From an uncultured Steroidobacteraceae bacterium (GTDB lineage: Bacteria; Pseudomonadota; Gammaproteobacteria; Steroidobacterales; Steroidobacteraceae), in contig CAYNCY010000001.1 in NCBI GenBank assembly GCA_964395195.1, forward strand, positions 1-35,450: a stretch of DNA of 35,450 nt. Reading direction: 5' to 3'. Shown in pieces: positions 1 to 8,158 of the stretch. The position numbers and the translations under genes were made by a program. The first letter of the stretch is position 1, and every line of letters starts with the position of its first letter. The notes below the pieces were generated by a model that saw only the letters and a list, made by a program, of their open reading frames with translations, ran no database searches and was not told where the DNA came from.

Positions 1-920
1 GTCGCGTAGACGAGCGGCCCGCAGCGGCCACCGTTCAGCACCGGCCACACGCGCTCGCGTAGCGCCTGCGCGATCGCGCCCTTCTCCGCGGGGCTGCGCG
101 GGCGCATGGTGGAGCCCGTGATCGTCAGGCGCCTGCGCATCACGAACGCGAGATCGAGGCTGTCGACCTTGGCGCCCTGCATCGTCGAGACCTGCACGAG
201 GCGCCCGTCGATCGCGAGCGAGGCGAGGTTGCGCTCGAAGTAGGGCGCGCCGACGATGTCGAGGACGATGTTGACGCCGGCACCCCCGGTGATGTCCTTG
301 AGGCGGGCAGCGAAATCGACCGCCCGGTAGTTGATCGCGGCGTCCGCGCCGAGCGAGAGGCAGGCCGCGCACTTCTCGTCGCTGCCCGCGGTCGCATACA
401 CCTGCGCGCCGAACTCGCGTGCGAGCTGGATGGCGGTGACGCCGATGCCGCTCGTGCCGCCGTGCACGAGCACCGACTCGCCGCGCGCGAGCCGGCCGTG
501 GATGAACAGGTTCGCCCACACCGTGAAATAGGTCTCCGGGATGCCGGCCGCGCGGACCGCGTCGTAGCCGGTCGGCCACGGCAGGCACTGCGTTGCGGGT
601 GCGACGGCGTACTCGGCGTAGCCACCGCCGTTGGTGAGCGCGGCGACCTTGTCGCCGGCGCGGTGGGAAGTCACTTCGCTGCCGACCCGAACGACCTCGC
701 CGGCGACTTCGAGCCCGATGATCGGGCTCGCATCGGCGGGCGGCGGGTAGAGGCCCTGGCGCTGCGCGATATCCGGGCGGTTGACGCCGGCGGCCAGCAC
801 GCGAATCAGGACCTCGGTCGGGCCTGGCGCGGGCACGGGGCCCGTCACGAGCTCGAGCATCTCCGGACCCCCGGGTTCGCGCACCCGGAAGTGCTTCATC
901 TCAGTTGGGACTGCTGGCAT
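1..920 (-). CDS. qor: NAD(P)H:quinone oxidoreductase, MDR/zeta-crystallin (PIG3-like) family; C-terminus runs off the left edge of the window
   Basis: Not in the ORF track because there is no stop inside the window. Hand translation of the reverse strand gives [18 protein letters not shown]...[14 protein letters not shown]...[31 protein letters not shown]... The in-frame ATG at 920 has AGGAG 9 nt upstream; an alternative ATG lies at 899. Confidence 0.85.
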   Translation of the reverse strand, partial: MPAVPTEMKHFRVREPGGPEMLELVTGPVPAPGPTEVLIRVLAAGVNRPDIAQRQGLYPPPADASPIIGLEVAGEVVRVGSEVTSHRAGDKVAALTNGGGYAEYAVAPATQCLPWPTGYDAVRAAGIPETYFTVWANLFIHGRLARGESVLVHGGTSGIGVTAIQLAREFGAQVYATAGSDEKCAACLSLGADAAINYRAVDFAARLKDITGGAGVNIVLDIVGAPYFERNLASLAIDGRLVQVSTMQGAKVDSLDLAFVMRRRLTITGSTMRPRSPAEKGAIAQALRERVWPVLNGGRCGPLVYA

Positions 921-955
921 GGCCGAGGACTCCTGATCAGCCCGGGCGCGCGATG

Positions 956-1369
956 CTACGCGCTGTCGTGGGCGGCGTCAGCGGGAAACTGCGGCAGGTC
1001 GTCGGTGATCCGGTGCCAGGTGGCTCCCGAGGCGACGTGGATGTGGCGCCCGGGCCGGATGCCGGGGTCCTCATCGAGCGTGCCGAGCGCGACCGCCGTC
1101 CGCGTAGGGGTCCCGGTGCCGCGCCACTCGAGGTTCGAGCCGCAGTGGCGGCAGAACGTGCGGACCGAGGCCGCGGAGGGGCGGTAGCTCGCGATGGCGT
1201 CGTCCCCGGCAACGATCGAGAACGCCGCGGCCGGCAGGACGCCGTAGCTCGCGAACGCCGCGCCGTGCGCCTTGCGGCACTGGCTGCAGTGGCAGTGGCT
1301 CGCAGAGTCGAAGCCACCCGTGATCTCGTAGCGGACCTGGCCGCAGAGGCAACTTCCCCGGATCGTCAT
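956..1369 (-). CDS. GFA (glutathione-dependent formaldehyde-activating / CENP-V-like) family zinc protein
   Basis: C-terminal 137 aa of track ORF 956..1690. Real ATG is M108 ([14 protein letters not shown]...), with AGGAG 7 nt upstream. Cys motifs [16 protein letters not shown] and FCRHCGS are typical of the GFA domain. Confidence 0.8.
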   Translation of the reverse strand: MTIRGSCLCGQVRYEITGGFDSASHCHCSQCRKAHGAAFASYGVLPAAAFSIVAGDDAIASYRPSAASVRTFCRHCGSNLEWRGTGTPTRTAVALGTLDEDPGIRPGRHIHVASGATWHRITDDLPQFPADAAHDSA

Positions 1370-1379
1370 CGGCAGCTCC

Positions 1380-1895
1380 TCAGCTCGAGAGTGCAGCGGC
1401 GAGGGCCCGCCGCCAGGCCGCTCGTTTGTCGGCGAGCGAACGCGCCGCGTGCGCGGGGCTCGTCGAGGGCAGGCGCTTGAGCGGGAGTGCGCCGAGGCGC
1501 GAATCGAGCGCGGGCAGCACCCGCCGGCGATACAGGAGTTCCGCCGTCGCGCCGTTGCAGCAGACGAGGCGGATCGCGGGGTGCGCGCGATAGAAGCGCG
1601 GAAAATCGTTGACCTCGATGCTGTCCGCGACGATCGCGGCATCGAGGCTGCCGGCGCGGAACGCCGCCCGGCAGACGTCCCAGACGGCAATCCGCGCCCG
1701 CAGCAGTCGCTCGATGCGCGCCGCGTACTCGAGGTCGGGCGCGAAGTCTGCGAGCGCGCCCATGATCGGCCAGAAGGCGTTCCTGGGTTGCGCGTAGTAC
1801 TGCCGCCGGCGCAGCGACTCCCGGCCGGGCAGCGAGCCCAGGATCAGGATTTCGGCATCGGCGCGCGCAAGCGGCGCAAATCCGCGCGAATGCAT
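1380..1895 (-). CDS. DNA-deoxyinosine (hypoxanthine) glycosylase-like, uracil-DNA glycosylase superfamily (family 6-like)
   Basis: 171-aa track ORF. N-terminal ILILGSLPGRESLRRRQYYAQPRNAFWPIMG matches the conserved block I recall for family-6 UDG / DNA-deoxyinosine glycosylases. Confidence 0.7.
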   Translation of the reverse strand: MHSRGFAPLARADAEILILGSLPGRESLRRRQYYAQPRNAFWPIMGALADFAPDLEYAARIERLLRARIAVWDVCRAAFRAGSLDAAIVADSIEVNDFPRFYRAHPAIRLVCCNGATAELLYRRRVLPALDSRLGALPLKRLPSTSPAHAARSLADKRAAWRRALAAALSS

Positions 1896-1946
1896 CGTCG
1901 TTCCAATCCGCGCCCGTGCGACCGGCCGGGAGCCGTGGCGCGCGCG

Positions 1947-2420
1947 TCAGGGCTTCTTCGGCGCGGGCGCCGCGGAGTAGTGCACGTGCGCGACCTGCCA
2001 GTGGCCGTTGCGCTTGAGCCAGATGTCGGTCTCGAAGAAGTGCTCGTGGGTGACCTTGCCGTCCGCGAGGCGCGTATCGAGCGCGACGGCGTAGCTGGCC
2101 GTCGCCTCGTCGCCCGCCGGGCTCACGCGGACAAGGAGATCGGAGAGCGTGTTCAGAATGATCTTGTTGCCCTTGCCGATGAACTGCGTCCAGTCGGCGC
2201 GGTATGCCTTGAGGTCGGTCGGGCCCTCCGGGAAGAGCGCGACCAGGTCGTCGGCGTAGTAGGCGAAGTACTTCGGCACGTCGTTCGCGAGGTAGGCAGC
2301 GTTGAAGGACTGCTCGAGCGTCGCGATTTCCTTCTCGAGGGCGGTATTGGTGTCGGCGAAGGCGGTGAGCGGCAGGCAGAGGATGAGTGCCGCGAGCGCG
2401 CGGCCGATTGAACGTGTCAT
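1947..2420 (-). CDS. secreted SnoaL-like / NTF2-fold (DUF4440-like) protein
   Basis: Track ORF 1947..2531 trimmed to M38 (MTRSIGRALAALILCLPLTAFA, a signal peptide). C-terminal WLKRNGHWQVAHVHYS is typical of the NTF2-like fold. Confidence 0.65.
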   Translation of the reverse strand: MTRSIGRALAALILCLPLTAFADTNTALEKEIATLEQSFNAAYLANDVPKYFAYYADDLVALFPEGPTDLKAYRADWTQFIGKGNKIILNTLSDLLVRVSPAGDEATASYAVALDTRLADGKVTHEHFFETDIWLKRNGHWQVAHVHYSAAPAPKKP

Positions 2421-2517
2421 GCGGATATCCTCGAACGTGGCGCGTAGGCCGGTGCGGCTGCGCGGACTCGCGATCATGTCAGCCGCGGCGCTCCAAGACA
2501 AAGGCGTCGGTGCGACC

Positions 2518-4350
2518 CTAACGGCGGGCACCCCACGGTCCCGGGCCCGGGGAAATGTCCTCGAACCCCACCACGAGCGTTCCCGGGCCGCCGTGAACCC
2601 CGATCGCCGAGCCGAGCGGCACGAGCCAGGAGCGCTCGATGTTCGGGTGCTGGCGCCTCAGCGCCTCGAGGAGCGCCTGTCCCGCCTCCGGCGCGTGGCC
2701 GTGCGAAACGATGAGCCGGTAGCGGCGCCCCGAATCGAGCTCGCGCCCGACACGGCGCGCGAACTTGGCCGCGAGCCCGGAGCGCCCGAGCAGGAAACCG
2801 CCAATGGCGATGCGTCCGTCCGGAAACGTCGCAAGATACGCCGCGAGGTGCAGGGCATTCGCGACCGTGCGGGCCCACGCCGGCACGCGACCGCCACGGA
2901 CGCCGTAGTCGAGTGAGCCGATGAGGGCGAAGGTGCGTGTCTTGGCGCGAACGAGCGCAACGCTGGACGCGATCGCGGCGGCGTCGGCGCCCTCAAGCGC
3001 GAGTTCGGCCGCGTGCATCACGAGCAGACCCTCGCCGCCCGCGGCGTTGAGCGAGTCGATGATCGTGACGCGCTGACGCGCGCCGATGCGACTCGCGGCC
3101 GTCTCCGCGGCCTGGCGCGTGCCGCTGACGCGACCGCTGACGTTGATCGAGATCACGCTCGGGTAGTGCGAGCTCAGGAACTCGAACACGCGACGGAAGT
3201 CCCCGACCGGCGGCTGGGACGTCTTCGGGTGGACGGCGCTCGTCGCGAGCAGCCGGTAGAACTCCTCGGACGTGATGCCGACCTTGTCGAGGTAGCTCTG
3301 CGCGCCGAAGTGCACGCGCGCCGCCACCACGTGGATGTCGAGACGCTCGAGCTCGTCCTCGGGAATGTCCGCCCCCGTCTCGGTGACGATCGCGACCTTG
3401 CGGTGCGCGGCATGCAGGGTCGCTTCCTGCTGCCGCTGCATGTCGTCGGCCTTCTCGGCGCTGACGATGCCGAACTCGGCGGCAATGCGAAACACCTCCT
3501 GCGGCTCGTTCGCATGGACGTGCACGCGCACCTTGGCGCCGCTGCCGGCAACGACGAGGCTCGAGCCGCAGGCGGCGAGCCGCTCGCGCAGCTGCCGCCG
3601 GTCGATGGCGGCGCCCGTGACCATGCACTCCGTGCACCAGCGGTGCGCGAGGCTCGCATCGCCGCCCGCCGCGTCGTGATCCTCCGCGGGTGCGTCGATG
3701 ACGGCGGTCTCATCGAGCACCCCCGTGTCGAGGTAGGCGGCAATGCCTTCGAGGAGCGCGACGAAGCCGGCGGCGCCCGCATCGACGACGCCGGCGCGCG
3801 CGAGCTCATCGAGTTGCGAGCAGGTCGCCGCCAGTGCATCCCGGCCCCGCACGCAGGCGCGTCCGAGGAGTGCGCCGAGATCGAGAAGGCCGCCCATGGT
3901 CGCCGTGCGCAGCTCCGCGGCGACCGCCTCGAGCACCGTCAGGATCGTGCCTTCGCGCGGCGCCGAGAGTGCCTCGCGCGCGTACTCGGCGCCCGCGCCG
4001 ATCGCTGCCGTGAATGCGGGCGCATCGAGCGTCGCGAGCGAGGTGGCGCTGTCGCCGACGCCGAGGAAGAACTGCGCGAGGATGGCGCCTGAGTTGCCGC
4101 GCGCGCCGTCGAGGGCAGCGTCGGCGACCCGGGTGAGGAGCACGCCCGCGTGCTCCGGCGTCTCGCGCCTGAGAGAGGCGAGCACGGCGCCCATCGTCAG
4201 CGCGAGGTTGGTGCCGGTGTCGCCGTCGGGTACCGGAAAGACGTTGATCCGGTCGAGATGCTCGCGCGCTTCGATGAGTCGCTGGATGCCGGCGCGCAGC
4301 GCCCGGCCGAGCTCGATCCCGCCGAGACGCGTGATGGCCCCGTCCTGCAT
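2518..4350 (-). CDS. DAK2-domain (FakA/YloV-like) protein fused to a DegV (FakB-like) fatty-acid-binding domain
   Basis: 610-aa ORF. N-terminus has NVFPVPDGDTGTN and ARGNSGAIL (Dak2/DhaL motifs). Middle has WCTECMV...SLVVAGSGAKVRVHVHANEP (YloV/FakA central domain). From about aa 318: KVAIVTETGADIP...KTSQPP...VSGRVSGTRQAAE...GGRVP (DegV hallmarks). Confidence 0.85.
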   Translation of the reverse strand: MQDGAITRLGGIELGRALRAGIQRLIEAREHLDRINVFPVPDGDTGTNLALTMGAVLASLRRETPEHAGVLLTRVADAALDGARGNSGAILAQFFLGVGDSATSLATLDAPAFTAAIGAGAEYAREALSAPREGTILTVLEAVAAELRTATMGGLLDLGALLGRACVRGRDALAATCSQLDELARAGVVDAGAAGFVALLEGIAAYLDTGVLDETAVIDAPAEDHDAAGGDASLAHRWCTECMVTGAAIDRRQLRERLAACGSSLVVAGSGAKVRVHVHANEPQEVFRIAAEFGIVSAEKADDMQRQQEATLHAAHRKVAIVTETGADIPEDELERLDIHVVAARVHFGAQSYLDKVGITSEEFYRLLATSAVHPKTSQPPVGDFRRVFEFLSSHYPSVISINVSGRVSGTRQAAETAASRIGARQRVTIIDSLNAAGGEGLLVMHAAELALEGADAAAIASSVALVRAKTRTFALIGSLDYGVRGGRVPAWARTVANALHLAAYLATFPDGRIAIGGFLLGRSGLAAKFARRVGRELDSGRRYRLIVSHGHAPEAGQALLEALRRQHPNIERSWLVPLGSAIGVHGGPGTLVVGFEDISPGPGPWGARR

Positions 4351-4405
4351 TCCCGCTTACCCCCTGCAGCGGCGGCGGCATTCGGGCCGCGCCGTCATTC
4401 GTGTG

Positions 4406-5098
4406 CTAGCGCGCCACCGAGAAGCGCGTGCCGCGGGACGACAGGATCGCCCCCTCCGGTGTGATGCGCTCGAGCACGGTGCCGTCGCGCATCGTGCTTC
4501 CCTCGTGGAGCCGCTCGCCGTTGATCACGACGAAGCGCTGCTTCGGGTCGTCGGCGAAGACGTGCAGGTCGATGTTGACGCGCGGCAGCCCCGAGGCGAC
4601 CGGCGCCGGCAGGTCGTTGAGCGAAGGCGCGCGCTCGATGGGGCGATCGGTTGCGGGCGCGCCGCGCGCCGCGGAGACGATCGGCCGGCGCGCGCCGTCC
4701 GGAATCGGCGGTGGCGAGCGCGGCAGGGACGCGGCGTTCGGGTCCGTTCTATCGGCATCGCCGTCCGAGGCCTCTGCATCGAGCGGCCGCGTCACGGGGC
4801 TCGCCGCCGCAGCCCGGTACGGCTCCACGGGCACCGGGCGCACGGCGGGCGCCGCGGCCGGCGTCACGGCCGGCGTCACGGCCGGCGTCACGACGGCGGC
4901 AGGCGGCGTCGATCCCGACCGGTAGAGCACGATGCCGAGCACGACCACGTTGACGAGGAGGAGCACGCCGAGTGCACCGAGCACGAGCGGCAGCCGCGAA
5001 GCGGTGACCCCCGATGTCGGGCGCTCGACGATGCCGGGCAGTGCGCGGCGCTCGCGATCGTGCTCGGACTTGCGCAGCGCGTCGAGGATCAGTGACAT
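4406..5098 (-). CDS. gspB: type II secretion accessory protein GspB/ExeB-like
   Basis: N-terminus MSLILDALRKSE, then one TM helix, a Pro/Ala-rich linker and a C-terminal T2SS-B-like block (LHVFADDPKQRFVVINGERLHEGS). The start abuts the exeA stop (5098/5099). Confidence 0.8.
   Translation of the reverse strand: MSLILDALRKSEHDRERRALPGIVERPTSGVTASRLPLVLGALGVLLLVNVVVLGIVLYRSGSTPPAAVVTPAVTPAVTPAAAPAVRPVPVEPYRAAAASPVTRPLDAEASDGDADRTDPNAASLPRSPPPIPDGARRPIVSAARGAPATDRPIERAPSLNDLPAPVASGLPRVNIDLHVFADDPKQRFVVINGERLHEGSTMRDGTVLERITPEGAILSSRGTRFSVAR
4856..4891 (-). repeat. 3 x 12-bp perfect tandem repeat inside gspB, encoding (VTPA)3
   Basis: GGCCGGCGTCAC x3 on the plus strand, corresponding to residues 70-81 of GspB in the Pro/Ala-rich periplasmic linker. 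Confidence 0.9.
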
Positions 5099-6784
5099 CT
5101 AGCCTCCGCGCGACTTGAGAGTCGGCGCGCCAGGCGCGCCGATGAGCGCATCGAGCAGCACCTGGGTCTGTTCGCCGGCGATGCCATCGACGCCGAGGCG
5201 GTGGCTGCGCTGGAACTCCTCGACGCGCTGCTCGAGATCCTTGTCGTAGACATCCGGACCCGCCAGCGCGTTCGCTTCACCGCGCACGGTCGCAAGTCCC
5301 TGCCGGAGCCAGTGCACTTCGGTGCCGTGCATGCCGGGCTTGAGGACCTTCGCCGTCGGTGCGGGCGGCTTCCACAGCACAAGGAACGGACCGTACCACC
5401 AGCGCTGCAGGTCGAGCAGATCGGCGGTCAGCGATGCCGTGCCTGCCTCGATGCGTGCAGTCTTGTCATCAAGCGTCGAGACGACGACCTGGTGCTCGGT
5501 CCCGTCGGCGGTGACGAGCGAGAGGATCGCGGGCCGGTTGAAGAGCTTCAACTGCGCGAAGGTTCCCTTCTCGGCGAGGCACGCGAGGCCCTGTGCGGCA
5601 GCCTGCTCGCAGGGCCGCGCACCGTGCGGATCGAAGGAGGCACGCCAGATCGCGAACAGGCGCGCGAACGCGGCGTCGGTGCCCGTGTCGGCGGCGTGCA
5701 GGGCGATGAACTCGCTGACGCCCGGCGCCGCGGCAACGATCGGTGCCGGAGTCGGCGCGGCGCCGGCCGCGGCGGGCGTCGCTCCCGGCGCCGCGGACGG
5801 AGCCGTCACCGCGGCCGTCGCGGCGGCAGGCGCCGCAAGTACCGCGATCTTCGGTGTGGCCGCAGGAGCGTGCGCGCGGGAGTTGCGCATCGTGACCAGA
5901 CCGACCGCGAGCACCGCGATGCCGACGACGGCGAGCGCACCGAGCGTCCAGGGCAGCCACGGCGGGCTGATCGCGTGCCCGTGCACCTCGCTCGCGGCGC
6001 GGCGGACGAGCGGGACCGTGATGCGGTGCTGCTCGTAGGTATAGGCGCCCAGGAGCGCCCGGTCCGCGAACACGTTGATCAGCCGCGGTATGCCGCGCGA
6101 GAGCCGGTGCAGTTCGCTGATGGCGCGCGGCGAGAAGACGTCGGTCGTGGCGCCGGCGACCCTGAGGCGGTGACGGACGTAGGCGGTCGACTCGGAGCGG
6201 GAGAGGGGACTGAGGTGGTAGCGCCCCGTGATGCGCTGCGCGAGCTGGCGAAGGTCGTTGCGCGCCAGCACGTCGCGAAGCTCCGGCTGGCCGACCAGGA
6301 TCACCTGCAGGAGCTTCTGGGTCTCGGTCTCGAGGTTGGTGAGGAGGCGCACCTGCTCGAGCACGTCGGCGTTGAGCTGCTGCGCCTCGTCGACGATGAC
6401 GACGACCCGGCGGCCGCGCGCGTGCGCATCGAGCAGGAACACGTTCAGGCGATCGATGATCGCCTTGACGCTGCCCCGCTCCTGCGGCGGGACCTCGAGC
6501 TTGAGCTCGTCGGCGATGACCTGGAGGAACTCCTCGGGCGTCACGCGCGGGTTCAGGATCAGTGCGACGTCGGCGTGCGCGGGCAGCTGGCTCAGGAGGC
6601 TCCTGACCATCGTGGTCTTGCCGGTGCCAACCTCGCCCGTCAGCTGCACGAAGCCGCCCGCGTCATCGATGCCGTAGAGGAGGTGCGCGAGCGCCTCGGC
6701 GTGCCGTTCGCTCAGGAACAGGTAGCGCGGGTCCGGCGTGATGGCGAAGGGCTTCTCGGTGAGCCCAAAGAAGCTCGTATACAT
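5099..6784 (-). CDS. exeA: ExeA/GspA-like AAA+ ATPase with C-terminal peptidoglycan-binding domain
   Basis: Track ORF 5099..6844. The likely start is M21 (MYTSFFGLTEKPF, the canonical ExeA N-terminus). Walker A GEVGTGKTT, Walker B VVIVDEAQ, one TM helix, an Ala/Pro linker and a PG_binding_1-like end (FQRSHRLGVDGIAGEQT). Confidence 0.85.
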   Translation of the reverse strand: MYTSFFGLTEKPFAITPDPRYLFLSERHAEALAHLLYGIDDAGGFVQLTGEVGTGKTTMVRSLLSQLPAHADVALILNPRVTPEEFLQVIADELKLEVPPQERGSVKAIIDRLNVFLLDAHARGRRVVVIVDEAQQLNADVLEQVRLLTNLETETQKLLQVILVGQPELRDVLARNDLRQLAQRITGRYHLSPLSRSESTAYVRHRLRVAGATTDVFSPRAISELHRLSRGIPRLINVFADRALLGAYTYEQHRITVPLVRRAASEVHGHAISPPWLPWTLGALAVVGIAVLAVGLVTMRNSRAHAPAATPKIAVLAAPAAATAAVTAPSAAPGATPAAAGAAPTPAPIVAAAPGVSEFIALHAADTGTDAAFARLFAIWRASFDPHGARPCEQAAAQGLACLAEKGTFAQLKLFNRPAILSLVTADGTEHQVVVSTLDDKTARIEAGTASLTADLLDLQRWWYGPFLVLWKPPAPTAKVLKPGMHGTEVHWLRQGLATVRGEANALAGPDVYDKDLEQRVEEFQRSHRLGVDGIAGEQTQVLLDALIGAPGAPTLKSRGG

Positions 6785-6912
6785 CGTGACGGGATGATAG
6801 CTCAGGCCACCCGGGGCGCCCGCCGGCGGGGGACTTGCGTGCACTGACGGCGGACGCTGGCTATTTTAAGCCAACGTTATCAATCGTTTATAGAACTACC
6901 CCCCCCGGTCGC

Positions 6913-8148
6913 TCAGCGCCGCCGGACGACCCCCGTGAAGCCGTCGTCCTTCTCGGGGCGTTCGAGGGTGCTCGCCCGCTGCAGGGCGGATGAGCCGAAC
7001 TTCTCGCGGATGCGGTCGAGCGTGGGATCGAGCTTCGCGGTCGCCCGGGGTGGCGGCCTGGGACCGGCCTTTGGGGCCGCGGGTGCCGCCGGGCTCGCGA
7101 AGAGGTCGAGCTGCGCGGCGGGCGAGAGGCTGCCAACCCCGACGCCAAGCAGGCGGACCGCCGCCCGCGGTTGCTCGGCGAGCCAGGCGTCGAGGAGCTG
7201 GCGCGCGATCGAGAGGATGGTCGCCGTCTCGGCGGTCGGCGGGCTGAAGCTCTTCGAGCGCGTGTAGGTCGTGAAGTCACGGCGTCGAACCTTGAGGGTC
7301 ACGTTGGCCGCCATCAGTTCCTTGCCGCGGAGCCTGCCGCCGACCCGGTCCGCAAGCTTGGCCAGCTCGGCCGTCAGGTCTTCGCGGCGCCGAAGGTCCG
7401 TCTCGAAGGTCTCCTCGGCGCTGACCTGCTTCTCCTGCCAGTCGGCGACGACGGGACGCTCATCGATGCCGGCCGCTCGCTCCCGGATGCGCTGCGTGTA
7501 CCGCCCGAACAACGGCCACAGCACCGCATCGCTCGCGCCGCGAAGATCGCCGAAGGTGTTGAGGCCGCACTCCTCGAGCCGCGCCGCGGTCTTCGCGCCG
7601 ATGCCGGAGAGCCGGCGGATCGGCAGCGGGTCGAGGATCCGCTCGACCTCGGCCGCGGCGATGATGCAAAGCCCGTCGGGCTTCTTGAGGTCGGAGGCGA
7701 TCTTGGCGAGGAGCTTGTTGTGGGCGACGCCGACCGAGGCCGTGAGGCCGGTGCGTTCGCGGATGCGCGCCTTGATCGCGGCTGCGATCTTCTCGGGTTC
7801 CCCGAACAGGGCGCGGCTGCCCGTGACGTCGAGGAAGGCCTCGTCGAGCGACAGGCCCTCGACGAGCGAGGTGTACTCGCGGAACACCTCGAAGACCTGG
7901 TCCGAGGCTTCCTTGTAGCGCGCCATGCGCGGCTTGACGACGATCGCGTGCGGGCAGCGCTCGAGCGCCTCGCGCGTCGGCATCGCGGAGTGCACGCCGT
8001 AGCGGCGCACCTCGTAGCTCGCCGCCGCGACGACGCCGCGGCCGCCACCACCACCGACGATGATCGGCTGGCCGCGAAGCTCGGGACGATCGTGCTGCTC
8101 GACGGAGGCGTAGAACGCATCCATGTCGACGTGCAGGATTGCGCGCAT
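6913..8148 (-). CDS. dinB: DNA polymerase IV (Y-family translesion polymerase)
   Basis: MRAILHVDMDAFYASVEQ...GVVAAASYEVRRYGVHSAMP...SLDEAFLDVTG are canonical DinB motifs. 411 aa. Confidence 0.95.
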   Translation of the reverse strand: MRAILHVDMDAFYASVEQHDRPELRGQPIIVGGGGGRGVVAAASYEVRRYGVHSAMPTREALERCPHAIVVKPRMARYKEASDQVFEVFREYTSLVEGLSLDEAFLDVTGSRALFGEPEKIAAAIKARIRERTGLTASVGVAHNKLLAKIASDLKKPDGLCIIAAAEVERILDPLPIRRLSGIGAKTAARLEECGLNTFGDLRGASDAVLWPLFGRYTQRIRERAAGIDERPVVADWQEKQVSAEETFETDLRRREDLTAELAKLADRVGGRLRGKELMAANVTLKVRRRDFTTYTRSKSFSPPTAETATILSIARQLLDAWLAEQPRAAVRLLGVGVGSLSPAAQLDLFASPAAPAAPKAGPRPPPRATAKLDPTLDRIREKFGSSALQRASTLERPEKDDGFTGVVRRR

Positions 8149-8158
8149 CGTCCGGTGC

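Noticed and set aside
1370-1690. 107-aa N-terminal extension of the GFA-family gene in track ORF 956..1690
   Set aside because: It overlaps the glycosylase gene in another frame. The internal ATG at 1369 has a good AGGAG RBS and gives the normal ~137-aa GFA domain length.
5201-6847. 548-aa plus-strand ORF opposite exeA
   Set aside because: Antisense shadow ORF with runs such as RRGRSRHRGRRGGRRRK. The minus-strand frame carries Walker A/B motifs and a peptidoglycan-binding domain.
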